A stretch of 63,455 nt of DNA, counting the filler, from an uncultured Ignavibacteriales bacterium (GTDB taxonomy: Bacteria > Zixibacteria > MSB-5A5 > GN15 > JAAZOE01): NCBI GenBank assembly GCA_964611355.1. It is 21 parts of 21 records of this genome, joined end to end, with 100 filler letters (N's around TTAATTAATTAA, not from the genome) between each part and the next. Parts side by side here need not be neighbours in the genome. Positions count along the whole stretch, not along the records: positions 17,474 to 21,469 come from CAZSYD010000091.1; positions 21,570 to 25,519 come from CAZSYD010000092.1; positions 25,620 to 29,520 come from CAZSYD010000093.1; 18 more parts are not named here. One strand, written 5' to 3'. The position numbers were made by a program, and so were the translations under genes. Numbering within the stretch: the first letter of the stretch is position 1; the number at the start of each line of letters is the position of its first letter. The notes below the pieces were generated by a model. It saw only the letters and a list, made by a program, of their open reading frames with translations, was not told the origin of the DNA and made no database searches. This document shows positions 19,066 to 28,514 of the stretch, piece after piece.

Positions 19066-19175
19066 GATGGCCCCGGGGAATTATCTTCGGGCGACGTCAA
19101 ATAATAAAAGGCAATTCCAATTATCACCAAAACAACCGGAGGAACGACAACCCAGAAGTACGCCCAGAAGCTCAC
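19062..19175 (-). CDS. Small single-TM protein (37 aa), putative symporter accessory subunit; absent from the ORF track
   Basis: GTG start; MSFWAYFWVVVPPVVLVIIGIAFYYLTSPEDNSPGPS; its TGA overlaps the putP GTG (GTGA). Confidence 0.65.
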   Translation of the reverse strand: MSFWAYFWVVVPPVVLVIIGIAFYYLTSPEDNSPGPS

Positions 19176-19190
19176 ATCATTGACCCTGTC

Positions 19191-20321
19191 TCAAACATCA
19201 TCATCTTCAGTCTTAAAGGGCGGGTTGGCGTAATCTTCGCGAGTCTCAAGCGGTTCTTCGTCGACAATCAAATAATCGTCTTTCATCCGCCTGATGACGG
19301 CATAGCCGCGGGCAAGACCGGCCGAAAGAACCGAAACCATATATCCGCAGATTACCGTGAAAAGAATAAAAAATGAAACTGACAGAAGCGCCGCGCCGAC
19401 CGATGTATCGGCGCCATATCCCCACCTGACGATACTGAACCCGAACGGAACGCCCGGGAAAATATTGGTAACAAAGGAAACCACTGACGAATCCAGCGGG
19501 AGCATCGCAAAAGCGGCGTTAAACATCCGTTCGATCTTCTCTCCCCCGCCGCACGAAAGCACAAGTTGGGAAAATTGGATCGTGCGATAGAACAGGTAGG
19601 CAAACACGAATGAGGCGGCTTTGGCCAGACCGGCGGAAATCGCCAGATACCAGAAAAATCGAATCGGCTCACGGGTTAAAACGGAAAAAAGCTGCAGGAG
19701 AGCGTCAAAGGTTTCCCCCTTTTTTTGCGCCGCAATAGCTACCGGAAGCAATACTATCGAAATAATCGCAGCAAAAATGATAAACAGCGTAAATACAAGC
19801 GTGATAAATATCGGCACAACGTAAAAAATTCCGATGGCCGGTCCGCCTACTATTGGTATTCGACCTAAAACCCCGATAAGAAAACCAAGCAGACAAATAA
19901 GGCCTATAAATGCCGCCAGAGACAGGTAACACAAGAAAAGCGTCGGAATTCGCGACAGGGCAAACCGGATGGCCTGAACGGTTGAATAAAAAAAGTCTCC
20001 GCGCAACTCTTCAAAGCTGATCACCGCCACCGCCATCAGCGCCAGAGAAAACGAAAATACTGCCAGGCCGACGCCAATTACATATATGACGGATGCCCCC
20101 ACGGCGTCAAAAGGAAACAGTTTCAGCGGGAAAAACCCGTACGATTGCCATAGATAATCAAAACTTACCCCGTCATACAACAGCGCCAGGTAAGTGAATA
20201 TGACATAGATCAGATATCCGGTCAGAAGAAAAAGCGTGGCGGCAGATATTTTTTTCAGCGAAAGCCCCTTTGCAGGAGCAGCCAAAACCGCCCTGATGTC
20301 ATGGGGAAACGGCTCTTTCAT
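19191..20321 (-). CDS. Hypothetical polytopic membrane protein
   Basis: 376-aa ORF with multiple hydrophobic helices, co-oriented with putP. Confidence 0.75.
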   Translation of the reverse strand: MKEPFPHDIRAVLAAPAKGLSLKKISAATLFLLTGYLIYVIFTYLALLYDGVSFDYLWQSYGFFPLKLFPFDAVGASVIYVIGVGLAVFSFSLALMAVAVISFEELRGDFFYSTVQAIRFALSRIPTLFLCYLSLAAFIGLICLLGFLIGVLGRIPIVGGPAIGIFYVVPIFITLVFTLFIIFAAIISIVLLPVAIAAQKKGETFDALLQLFSVLTREPIRFFWYLAISAGLAKAASFVFAYLFYRTIQFSQLVLSCGGGEKIERMFNAAFAMLPLDSSVVSFVTNIFPGVPFGFSIVRWGYGADTSVGAALLSVSFFILFTVICGYMVSVLSAGLARGYAVIRRMKDDYLIVDEEPLETREDYANPPFKTEDDDV

Positions 20322-20429
20322 GGTCGCCTTATGTTATTTGAGCCTTGTAGTTAAGTCAAGGAAAATAATCAAGCCCGTTAAGGGCGGTCGCCTGTAACCG
20401 ATAACATTAACGAAAAGCCACAGGGAGGA

Positions 20430-21074
20430 ATGATGAAAAACCGCCGGATACGGGCTTTCGCAAACCTGGAATCAGGACAAGTCCTAAAGACCGGTACGGT
20501 AATTTATCTTTCAATAAGCCTTGTCTCCCTGGTTGCCGCGGCGACAATTTACCTGAAAATCGCTATGAATTCAGACCAAAACTCCAATTCATTATTCATT
20601 TCAGTCCTCGCATTCCTGCCTCCGGCCTTGTGGATACTGAACCTTCTTGGATTGGGAATAATTTTCCTTTTGGTCAGGAAATGCCACCACTGTCGACTCG
20701 GTACCGGCAAAAGAATATCGTCGGCTCTGGACAAACTCGGCCGCGGCGATCTGGGATGGAGAATTACTCTCAGGCACGGTGATGAACTGGCTGATCTGGC
20801 CTATTCCGTTACCCGCGCCAGTCAGTCTCTGGCCAATCGTATCGGAAAACTCCAGGCCCAAACCCGCGAACTGGCCGAAGTGGAAGACTACCTGCTGGAA
20901 ACGCTGGAAGGCGACCCGGTTTTCAAACCATATACTATTAAGGCGCTAAGAAAGTTAAAGATTACCATCAATCGCCTTAAATCGGACGTGGAGGATTTTC
21001 AGGTTTCCTCGCTGCCGTTACCCAAAAGCGAAGCCGGCCCCGATGAGAAATCCCGTATAACAGTATTACGCTAA
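20430..21074 (+). CDS. Two-TM HAMP-domain protein with short coiled coil
   Basis: GGAGG RBS; two TM segments; LGRGDL..RITLRHGDELADLA HAMP signature. Confidence 0.75.
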   Translation: MMKNRRIRAFANLESGQVLKTGTVIYLSISLVSLVAAATIYLKIAMNSDQNSNSLFISVLAFLPPALWILNLLGLGIIFLLVRKCHHCRLGTGKRISSALDKLGRGDLGWRITLRHGDELADLAYSVTRASQSLANRIGKLQAQTRELAEVEDYLLETLEGDPVFKPYTIKALRKLKITINRLKSDVEDFQVSSLPLPKSEAGPDEKSRITVLR

Positions 21075-21167
21075 TCCGCCTAATACTCCCGACAACCGCC
21101 AACCGTGCCTAAAACTGATGCCTGATAACCAACCTGACATTTTTGGGCCATCGATATATTATGGCTG

Positions 21168-21195
21168 TTGACAATCGAGGTTTTGGGGATATATT
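21168..21195 (+). promoter_or_regulatory. Putative tRNA promoter
   Basis: TTGACA-16bp-TATATT. Confidence 0.5.
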
Positions 21196-21276
21196 TATCC
21201 GGCCTTCCGGCGCGGCCAATACGATACTGATTATTCATTGGAGACGATGGCCGGGAAATTGCCGGAAACAGATTTT

Positions 21277-21352
21277 GGCGGTATCGTCTAGTGGCCCAGG
21301 ACGGGTGGTTCTCAGCCATCAAACCGGGGTTCGATTCCCCGTACCGCTACCA
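21277..21352 (+). tRNA. tRNA-Glu (anticodon CTC)
   Basis: Cloverleaf: acceptor GGCGGTA/TACCGCT, anticodon stem GGTGG/CCATC with loop TT-CTC-AG (21311-21313), T-arm CGGGG-TTCGATT-CCCCG, encoded CCA. Confidence 0.93.
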
Positions 21353-21469
21353 CCCATGACTGATAAGGGTGGGGCAACTAAACTGCTAAGCCTCGCCCTT
21401 ATCGTCGTTTTCAGGTCATAATATTCGCCGTGATCTTCCGGCTTCAATGTAATTTTCCCGTCGATAAGG
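21319..21469 (-). CDS. C-terminal fragment of an ORF reading antisense into the tRNA 3' end (possible site-specific recombinase)
   Basis: Open from the contig end: LIDGKITLKPEDHGEYYDLKTTIRARLSSLVAPPLSVMGGSGTGNRTPV*. Confidence 0.4.
21362..21403 (+). terminator. Hairpin downstream of tRNA-Glu
   Basis: GATAAGGGTGGGGC...GCCTCGCCCTTATC. Confidence 0.5.
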
Positions 21470-21569
21470 NNNNNNNNNNNNNNNNNNNNNNNNNNNNNNN
21501 NNNNNNNNNNNNNTTAATTAATTAANNNNNNNNNNNNNNNNNNNNNNNNNNNNNNNNNNNNNNNNNNNN

Positions 21570-21607
21570 GGGCCCCCAAAATAATGACAAAACGAACCCA
21601 AATCGCC
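21570..21607 (+). repeat. Copy of the dispersed ATGACAAAACGAACCCA motif at contig start
   Basis: GGGCCCCCAAAATAATGACAAAACGAACCCAAATCGCC; one mismatch against about 16307-16344. Confidence 0.85.
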
Positions 21608-21702
21608 TGTCCGAGACCGCCGCGAATGGACACACACAGTAAGCAGGCCGAAGCCCCTGTATGCCCTGAGCCTTGCGAAGGGCGGTTTCGACAACTTGAA
21701 TA

Positions 21703-21729
21703 GTCAAAATCCCGGGGGTTTTGACCTAC
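21703..21729 (-). repeat. GTAG-type REP-like palindrome
   Basis: Minus strand GTAG-GTCAAAA-CCCCCGGGA-TTTTGAC. Confidence 0.5.
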
Positions 21730-22158
21730 GGGACTCTCAGAAAACTTTTGTGGAATTCGACTTTGGGATTAAGACAGGACATTCAACAATAAGTAGAACT
21801 CGCTGGAAGATAATAAGATGAGGTCTCGTGGATTTCCCGAATCTCCATCAAGGAAATACTGATATAGTCTCAAGCCGGTATTGTGAATGACGCGCGAATG
21901 GCGAAGCAGATAATTGCTGGAAATTCATGTTGCTATTCTGTACGATCTGCAATTGTATATGCGCGACTTTTCACAGAACCTGTTGTGATATTTGGCTAAT
22001 CATCCATACTGCTTGAAAAAACAATTTACACAACTCTTGACAGGAGTTCGAAAATTTCACCGCTTGGAGCATACTCGTTCATGAGTGGAATTACGTTTTG
22101 TGGTGGTATACTCTGTTAAAGATTCGATATAGATATAATCTCTATTTCCTTCTCAAGC

Positions 22159-24681
22159 CTATTTAATTATCACCAACTTACCCAGTTGTTCGCCCATTTC
22201 CGAACTCACCGACCAGATGTAGATGCCGGTGGTGATCGCCTGCGTGTTGCGCGAAATCAAGTTCCACTTTTCGTGCATTGATTCCGGGCCGCCTTCGGCG
22301 TAATAATGCTTGATCTCTTTGACCAAATCTCCCGACAAGGTATAGACTCGAATCGTGCAGATTCGCGGCAGATTGGCGAAATGAACGGCCCGCGACCGTT
22401 CGGCCGATCTGGTGCGGTCGCGGTTTTCATAACCGGCCTGCGCGTAACCGGCGTCGATGCGATACGGATTGGGATAGACATAAACTCCCAAGCCCTCTTT
22501 TTCAACTTCACCGGACGATGTTAACGGGTAAGCCAGGGTGGCGTTCGTCAAAGGCGAGGTTTCCAGCGATGAGAGCTGGTGCGTCCGGCTGCCGTAGTCA
22601 AAGGCGGTTACGGCGGCATAGATCGGTCTGGCCGGAGAAAGATCTCGGACAATATACTCGTATTCGTAAAATCTATGACCGCCCTCGTCGGTAGTGTCGC
22701 CCGGATCATTGAGGTTTGCTTCGGGATAGATTTTATGTATTCCGTACGGGTCGCTCAGGTTGGATTCGTTCCAGTACTGCGGCGTAAAGTATGTATAGAT
22801 CCCGTCGGGGTTGCGGGGATCGTCGGGTTCAAGCGGGTTTTTTAGCATGTACAGGTCAGGTTCAAAATCGGGCCCGTAGATATTTACCAGCGAATCGTAA
22901 TCAAGCGGCGCCGGCGACACTTCCCACCGATGCCGCAGATTATCCCATTTGTGAACGTTGTAATCGCGGCGATCATAAGCGGCCAGAAGGACAAAATCGG
23001 AGATACGGTTATCCTCGCCATAATAGACCTTGTACCCTTCGAAATCCTTGTAACGGGAAAAGACGTCGACGAAATTTTCCGTAGCTTCGCCGTTCCATCG
23101 CAGGATCAATTTCCCGTAATCGGAAGCGACTTTCAATTCCGGCGGCGGCGGCGGTGCGGCTCCCCGGAAATCGGGGACTCCGTCGCCTTTATAATAAGCC
23201 CAGGTTGAATCGGTGCCGGTGGCGTTGTGGAACCAGCGGGCCTGGCCGGAGTCGCCGTCGCCGTCGGTGTCGAAACCGGGATTGTCGTATATCCATTCGG
23301 CCCAGATAGCGTTGAGTCCCAGATCGGTGAAGTCAAGCTGATCCATATAAGGATATGGATTGTATGGATCGAACATATATCGGAAAGCGGTCGCGTCGTG
23401 GTGGAAATTCTCTCCGGCGACGTAAGCCATCGTCACCGGCAGAGTCGAGTCGGGGGCGAGATCAAAAGGGCCGAAACTGAGCAGGTAGATAGGATTGTGG
23501 CCGTCGGCGTAATCGACCGCTTCACGCGGCGGCGGCAGCCACGAATCGCCTGTGTGCGGGACGGCGCATGCCAGTTGATCGTAATCGAATTCGCGCGTGC
23601 TGAGCATGTAATACTTGTTATTGTCGCCCACCGGTGAACCAAAATTGGGCCCGAAATCGCGGTATGGTTTTTTATTGGTCACTTGGCGCGGCCCCCAGTC
23701 GGTCGTCGTTCTGAAACGGGTGATCCACCAGTTGAAGGAATACTTAAGGCTGTCGGATGGAGTGCGGATAATCCGAGTGGCCGTAACGGCGTTGGCCGAG
23801 GTATAATCGAAGGTATTGCCGAAAGGGTCGCCGTCATTATCAGCCACCCAGGCGACCCGGATGGTATCTTCATATCCCGGCCAAATCGGCGAGGGAATAA
23901 CTTCCCGGTAACCACAGATATCGTCCAGCCAGGTGGAGCGCCCGCCCATCTCGCTTTTGGAACCGTGAAAAACGATCGATTCGACGCCGATGCCGATATA
24001 GACCTGCTTGAGAGGAAAATGGCCGATATTTTTTATCTCGAAATCGAATAAGATGAAATCCTCGGCGTAAGCATAACTCCACGCGTAACTTTTTTGCGTA
24101 ACCTCGATATTTAACGGTTTGTGCGGACGGTTGTCTATCGGATCCATATAAACCAGACCGGGATCGGCAAGTGTGTCGGTATAACGGGCTATGATGTCTT
24201 CTTCGGAGACGGCATCGGGCGAGTAATAAATAGAATACGGCAGGGACGAGCGGCGAATCATCCGTCCCGCTTCGCCGGCTTCCGGCCAGAATTCAACCAC
24301 GTAGTAGTACAACGACGCGCCGGTGGAAACAAGCGTATCGCGGCCAACCACTGCCCCGACCCACAGCCCGCCCACCCAGAGGTATTCGGCGTTGGAGTTG
24401 ATCGGGTATTCGCACGACATAGCCCGACGGCCGGTTTCCGGATCAATCGGGTGGTAACGGAAATAGCCGACGCCAAAGAAGCCATTGTTGGTAACCGCCA
24501 GCGCCATCCGGTTGATTTTATGCACTTCAAGGCCGACGTTCGGTTCATCGAATGACGGAGCGGTTTGTTGAATCGGCACTTTGGGAAAAGGAGTATCAGG
24601 ATCGACAATTATTGCCGCAGCCATGACAGACGCGGGCAAAATCGCAACAAGCAGGCAGACTATCGCAAGAAGTTGTTTCAT
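22159..24681 (-). CDS. Large secreted protein with C-terminal FlgD/T9SS type A-like domain
   Basis: Signal peptide MKQLLAIVCLL...; DTDGDGD motif; FN3-like segment; C-terminal YVYPNPY...IRVYTLSGDLVK...WNL...GIY...GKLVIIK. Confidence 0.85.
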   Translation of the reverse strand: MKQLLAIVCLLVAILPASVMAAAIIVDPDTPFPKVPIQQTAPSFDEPNVGLEVHKINRMALAVTNNGFFGVGYFRYHPIDPETGRRAMSCEYPINSNAEYLWVGGLWVGAVVGRDTLVSTGASLYYYVVEFWPEAGEAGRMIRRSSLPYSIYYSPDAVSEEDIIARYTDTLADPGLVYMDPIDNRPHKPLNIEVTQKSYAWSYAYAEDFILFDFEIKNIGHFPLKQVYIGIGVESIVFHGSKSEMGGRSTWLDDICGYREVIPSPIWPGYEDTIRVAWVADNDGDPFGNTFDYTSANAVTATRIIRTPSDSLKYSFNWWITRFRTTTDWGPRQVTNKKPYRDFGPNFGSPVGDNNKYYMLSTREFDYDQLACAVPHTGDSWLPPPREAVDYADGHNPIYLLSFGPFDLAPDSTLPVTMAYVAGENFHHDATAFRYMFDPYNPYPYMDQLDFTDLGLNAIWAEWIYDNPGFDTDGDGDSGQARWFHNATGTDSTWAYYKGDGVPDFRGAAPPPPPELKVASDYGKLILRWNGEATENFVDVFSRYKDFEGYKVYYGEDNRISDFVLLAAYDRRDYNVHKWDNLRHRWEVSPAPLDYDSLVNIYGPDFEPDLYMLKNPLEPDDPRNPDGIYTYFTPQYWNESNLSDPYGIHKIYPEANLNDPGDTTDEGGHRFYEYEYIVRDLSPARPIYAAVTAFDYGSRTHQLSSLETSPLTNATLAYPLTSSGEVEKEGLGVYVYPNPYRIDAGYAQAGYENRDRTRSAERSRAVHFANLPRICTIRVYTLSGDLVKEIKHYYAEGGPESMHEKWNLISRNTQAITTGIYIWSVSSEMGEQLGKLVIIK

Positions 24682-24884
24682 AAGTTCATTCTGTTTACGC
24701 CAATATAACATAAATCGTCAAAAGCTCAAGGGGGTTAAAGGCGATCCTGAGTTTATTGAAGGGTACTCCTGCCTGTTCTTATAGGAACAAGATATCAAGT
24801 TCAGGATTTCGGGAATTGCGCCGCGAAAGGTTTTCAATAAACTGGTTGAGAATTGAATGGTATTTTATTATTTTCGGCGGTGTT

Positions 24885-25519
24885 ATGGCCAAGATAGCGC
24901 CTTCAATACTGGCGGCTGATTTCGCCCGCCTTGGCGAGGAAGTCAAATCGGCCAAAGAGGCCGGCGTCGATATGCTTCATATCGACATCATGGACGGGCA
25001 TTTTGTGCCCAACCTGACGATGGGACCGGATGTGGTCAAGGCTGTCCGGCGTTCGGTTGACCTTTTCCTCGACGTTCACCTGATGGTCACCCACCCGGAA
25101 AATTTCTTCGAGCCGTTCGCCAGCGCCGGGGCTGATCTGATTACCTTTCATATTGAAATCGATCCCGACCCGATCTCAAGAATAAAGAAAGTGCGCGATC
25201 TGAACTGCCGGGTCGGACTGTCGCTCAATCCTGATGCGCCGGTCGAATCAGTCCTGCCGTATCTCGATCAGGTTGATCTGGTTCTTTTGATGTCGGTTTT
25301 CCCCGGGTTTGGCGGGCAGAAGTTTATCCCCGAATCGCTGGAGCGGGCCGGGCGGATTCATGAATATATTAAGGCTAATAACCTTGCCTGTCAACTGGAG
25401 GTTGACGGCGGTGTTGATCGCGGTAATGCGGCCGATCTGATCGCGGCCGGCGTCGATATTCTGGTTATGGGAACCGCCTATTTCAAAGACAGCGACCCGG
25501 CCAGCCTGGTTCACATGCT
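24885..25519 (+). CDS. rpe: Ribulose-phosphate 3-epimerase (completed at 4311..4378; 215 aa)
   Basis: IAPSILAADF, HIDIMDGHFVPN, DVHLM, MSVFPGFGGQKF, EVDGG. Confidence 0.95.
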
Positions 25520-25645
25520 NNNNNNNNNNNNNNNNNNNNNNNNNNNNNNNNNNNNNNNNNNNNTTAATTAATTAANNNNNNNNNNNNNNNNNNNNNNNNN
25601 NNNNNNNNNNNNNNNNNNNACTATTTTTGACTTTCGTTCTTTACC

Positions 25646-25674
25646 TTGCATCAGGCCCTATGCCATCATATATT
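25646..25674 (+). promoter_or_regulatory. Putative sigma70 promoter
   Basis: TTGCAT-17bp-TATATT upstream of ATG 25702. Confidence 0.5.
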
Positions 25675-25701
25675 GAAAGGTCATAAAGCGGGAACTTTTC
25701 A

Positions 25702-26658
25702 ATGAAACGGCGCGAATTCATCAAGAAAACGGGCAAGGCGGCGGCGCTGGCCGCGGTTACCGGCGGCGCCGGGTTTTTCTTCCATAATCGCCGATCAACC
25801 GTCTATCTGAAGACGGTATCGGGCAAGGCCGACTTTACGGTCAGTCCCGACCCTAACCTGCCCCGTGTCGTTCTGGCCGAAAACGAAGATCATGTGGCTG
25901 CGCTGAGAGCCGCCCTTGACGGCATAGGCGGCATAAAACGTTTTATCCGGCCCGGTGAACGGGTGGTGGTCAAACCCAACATCGGCTGGGACCGAACGCC
26001 CGAGCAAGCGGCCGATACCAATCCGGTTCTCGTCGGCGAAATGGTCCGGCAGTGCCTGTCGGCCGGAGCCAAAGAGGTCATCGTTACCGACGTTACCTGC
26101 AATTATGCGCCGCGCTGTTTTATCCGTTCCGGCATCAGGGAAGCGGCTGAAAACGCAGGAGCAAAGATAATACTGCCCAGGGACGAGGATTTTGTTGAAG
26201 TTGACCTTGGCGGCAAACTACTGACCGTCTGGCCGGTGCTGAAGCATTTTATCGAGACCGACCGGCTTATCAATATGCCGATCGTCAAAAACCATTCTCT
26301 TTCGGTCTGCACAATCGGTATGAAAAATTTTTACGGCATCCTTGGCGGACGGCGCAGTCAATTACACCAGCATATCGACCAGTCGATAGTCGATCTGGCC
26401 CGTTTCTGCCGTCCGACGCTGACAGTCGTCGATGCCACCCGGGTCATGTTTCGCGGCGGCCCCACCGGCGGTTCCCTCGATAATGTAGCCGTCAAAAACT
26501 GCGTCATCTGCGCAACCGACCAGGTCGCCGCCGACGCGCGTGGAGCGGAATTTCTTGGCATCGATCCTTCCCGGGTCGGCCATATTACGCTGGCATACAA
26601 AAACGGCCTCGGCGAGATAGATTACAATGCCGCCCAATACAAAGAGATTATATCATGA
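25702..26658 (+). CDS. DUF362-family protein with Tat signal
   Basis: MKRREFIK twin-arginine; VVVKPNIGW, TNP, INMPIVKNH, MKNFYG, DQVAADA. Confidence 0.85.
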   Translation: MKRREFIKKTGKAAALAAVTGGAGFFFHNRRSTVYLKTVSGKADFTVSPDPNLPRVVLAENEDHVAALRAALDGIGGIKRFIRPGERVVVKPNIGWDRTPEQAADTNPVLVGEMVRQCLSAGAKEVIVTDVTCNYAPRCFIRSGIREAAENAGAKIILPRDEDFVEVDLGGKLLTVWPVLKHFIETDRLINMPIVKNHSLSVCTIGMKNFYGILGGRRSQLHQHIDQSIVDLARFCRPTLTVVDATRVMFRGGPTGGSLDNVAVKNCVICATDQVAADARGAEFLGIDPSRVGHITLAYKNGLGEIDYNAAQYKEIIS

Positions 26659-28322
26659 CCATGCGCACGGTCCGAAATCTTCGCCGCCTCTCACAGTTGA
26701 TATTTTTTCTTATCTTTTTTTGGCTGATTCTCAAAACCAATTTCGACGTTAACTTCAACCCATCGGAGACATCCGATATTCGCCTGCCTTACCCGGTTTC
26801 GATTGCGCTGGAGTTTGATCCGCTGACGGCTTTGGGGACGCTGCTTTCATCCGGAACGATATACAAGGGGCTTCTCTGGTCGCTGGTAATTTTGATACCG
26901 ACCATTTTTATCGGCCGCTTCTTCTGCGGCTGGGTCTGCCCGCTTGGGACGCTCAACCATTGGATATCGGAGATACCGTCGGAACGTTCCCGCCGCAAAG
27001 GAAAACGTAAAATCGAATCAAACCGGTATAAAAAATATCAACGGATCAAATATTATATTTTCCTTGTTTTCATTGCCGCCGCACTGACGGGAACGCTGCA
27101 AATCGGACTTATTGATCCGCTGCCGCTTCTGGCCCGTTCCATCGGCACCGTTGTGTTGCCGACCGTTCACACATCCGCTTTGGGAATCGTCGGCTGGGTG
27201 AAGTCTTTAGGATATCCACCGCTGGGTGATTCCGCTCAGGCGGTTTACGATTTCGCAGCATCGTTTCTATTTAATTTCCGACCGGTGCATTTTCACGGCA
27301 TCCTCTCCATCGGCTTTCTGTTTATTATTATCCTGATACTGAATCGACTTTACACCCGTTTCTGGTGTCGGGCCGTCTGTCCGCTGGGAGCGATGCTGGG
27401 AATTTTCTCACGTTTCGCCATCTTCGGGTTGAAAAAGGATGAATCATCGTGCACTAATTGCGGTCTTTGTGTGCTTCATTGTCAGGGGGCCGATAATCCC
27501 GATATAGGTAAACGCTGGCGGCAGGCCGAGTGCCATTTATGTCTCAACTGCGTGGCGTCGTGTCCGGAAAGTTCGCTTAAGTTTTGTTTCTTCCCCGATC
27601 ATAAGGATACAAAAACCAATCCTGCCGGAACGCAAAAGGTCGATATCACCCGCCGCAAAGTGCTGGCTTCGCTCGTCGGAGGAGCGGCCATTTTTCCGCT
27701 TCTGCGTTCCGGTGACGCCTTCGAAGCCAACGCCAATCCGCTTTTGATTCGTCCGCCCGGGTCGGTCGAAGAGGGCGATTTCCTGGCCAAATGTATCCGC
27801 TGCGGGCAGTGCATGCGGGTCTGCCCCAACAATGCCCTGCATCCCACCCTGCTGGAAGCGGGCGCGGAGGGTATCTGGACGCCGATACTTATTCCCCGCA
27901 TAGGGTACTGCGAACCCACCTGTACCTTATGCACGCAGGTTTGCCCTACCGGCGCTATTCTTGAATTGAGCATCAATGATAAGATTGGGGACGATAAGAA
28001 TCCGCCGGTGCACATCGGCACCGCTTTTATCGATCGCGGCCGCTGCCTCCCCTGGGCGATGGGCAAAACCTGTATCGTCTGCGAGGAATGGTGCCCGACT
28101 TCGCCTAAAGCGATCTACCTGAAAGAAGAAAAGATAATCGACCGCGACGGCAACTCGGCGACGATCAAGCGACCGTACGTCGACCCTCAACTTTGCACCG
28201 GCTGCGGCGCTTGTGAATTCGCCTGCCCGGTGGTTGACAAGGCCGCTGTCAGGGTAAGTTCCGCAGGCGAATCGCGTTCACCGGAAAAACAGATTTTTCT
28301 CCAGAGTAAGGGTATTTCATAG
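26655..28322 (+). CDS. Membrane polyferredoxin (NapH-like TM part fused to a NapG/MauM-like 4Fe-4S domain)
   Basis: GRFFCGWVCPLG, RFWCRAVCPLG, multiple CxxCxxCxxxCP clusters, RPPG; ATGA overlap with DUF362. Confidence 0.9.
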   Translation: MTMRTVRNLRRLSQLIFFLIFFWLILKTNFDVNFNPSETSDIRLPYPVSIALEFDPLTALGTLLSSGTIYKGLLWSLVILIPTIFIGRFFCGWVCPLGTLNHWISEIPSERSRRKGKRKIESNRYKKYQRIKYYIFLVFIAAALTGTLQIGLIDPLPLLARSIGTVVLPTVHTSALGIVGWVKSLGYPPLGDSAQAVYDFAASFLFNFRPVHFHGILSIGFLFIIILILNRLYTRFWCRAVCPLGAMLGIFSRFAIFGLKKDESSCTNCGLCVLHCQGADNPDIGKRWRQAECHLCLNCVASCPESSLKFCFFPDHKDTKTNPAGTQKVDITRRKVLASLVGGAAIFPLLRSGDAFEANANPLLIRPPGSVEEGDFLAKCIRCGQCMRVCPNNALHPTLLEAGAEGIWTPILIPRIGYCEPTCTLCTQVCPTGAILELSINDKIGDDKNPPVHIGTAFIDRGRCLPWAMGKTCIVCEEWCPTSPKAIYLKEEKIIDRDGNSATIKRPYVDPQLCTGCGACEFACPVVDKAAVRVSSAGESRSPEKQIFLQSKGIS

Positions 28323-28514
28323 GGCGCAAAACTACGGAGAAATCGTCGGTGATAATATATGCAAAAGCAACGACCGTTACGGTCATATTTCCTTTGTTTC
28401 TTCGTGATTATCGGGTTGAGAAACAACATCATGGTAGCCATCCTCGGCTATGATGACAGACACAAGCGGTTTTTAATCGACTGGCTTAAGTCTTTGTCGA
28501 ATCAAAATCATTGA

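Noticed and set aside
21730..22158. AT-rich 430-bp gap as a hidden gene or ncRNA
   Set aside because: No ORF of 60 aa or more, and no convincing structure or repeat seen
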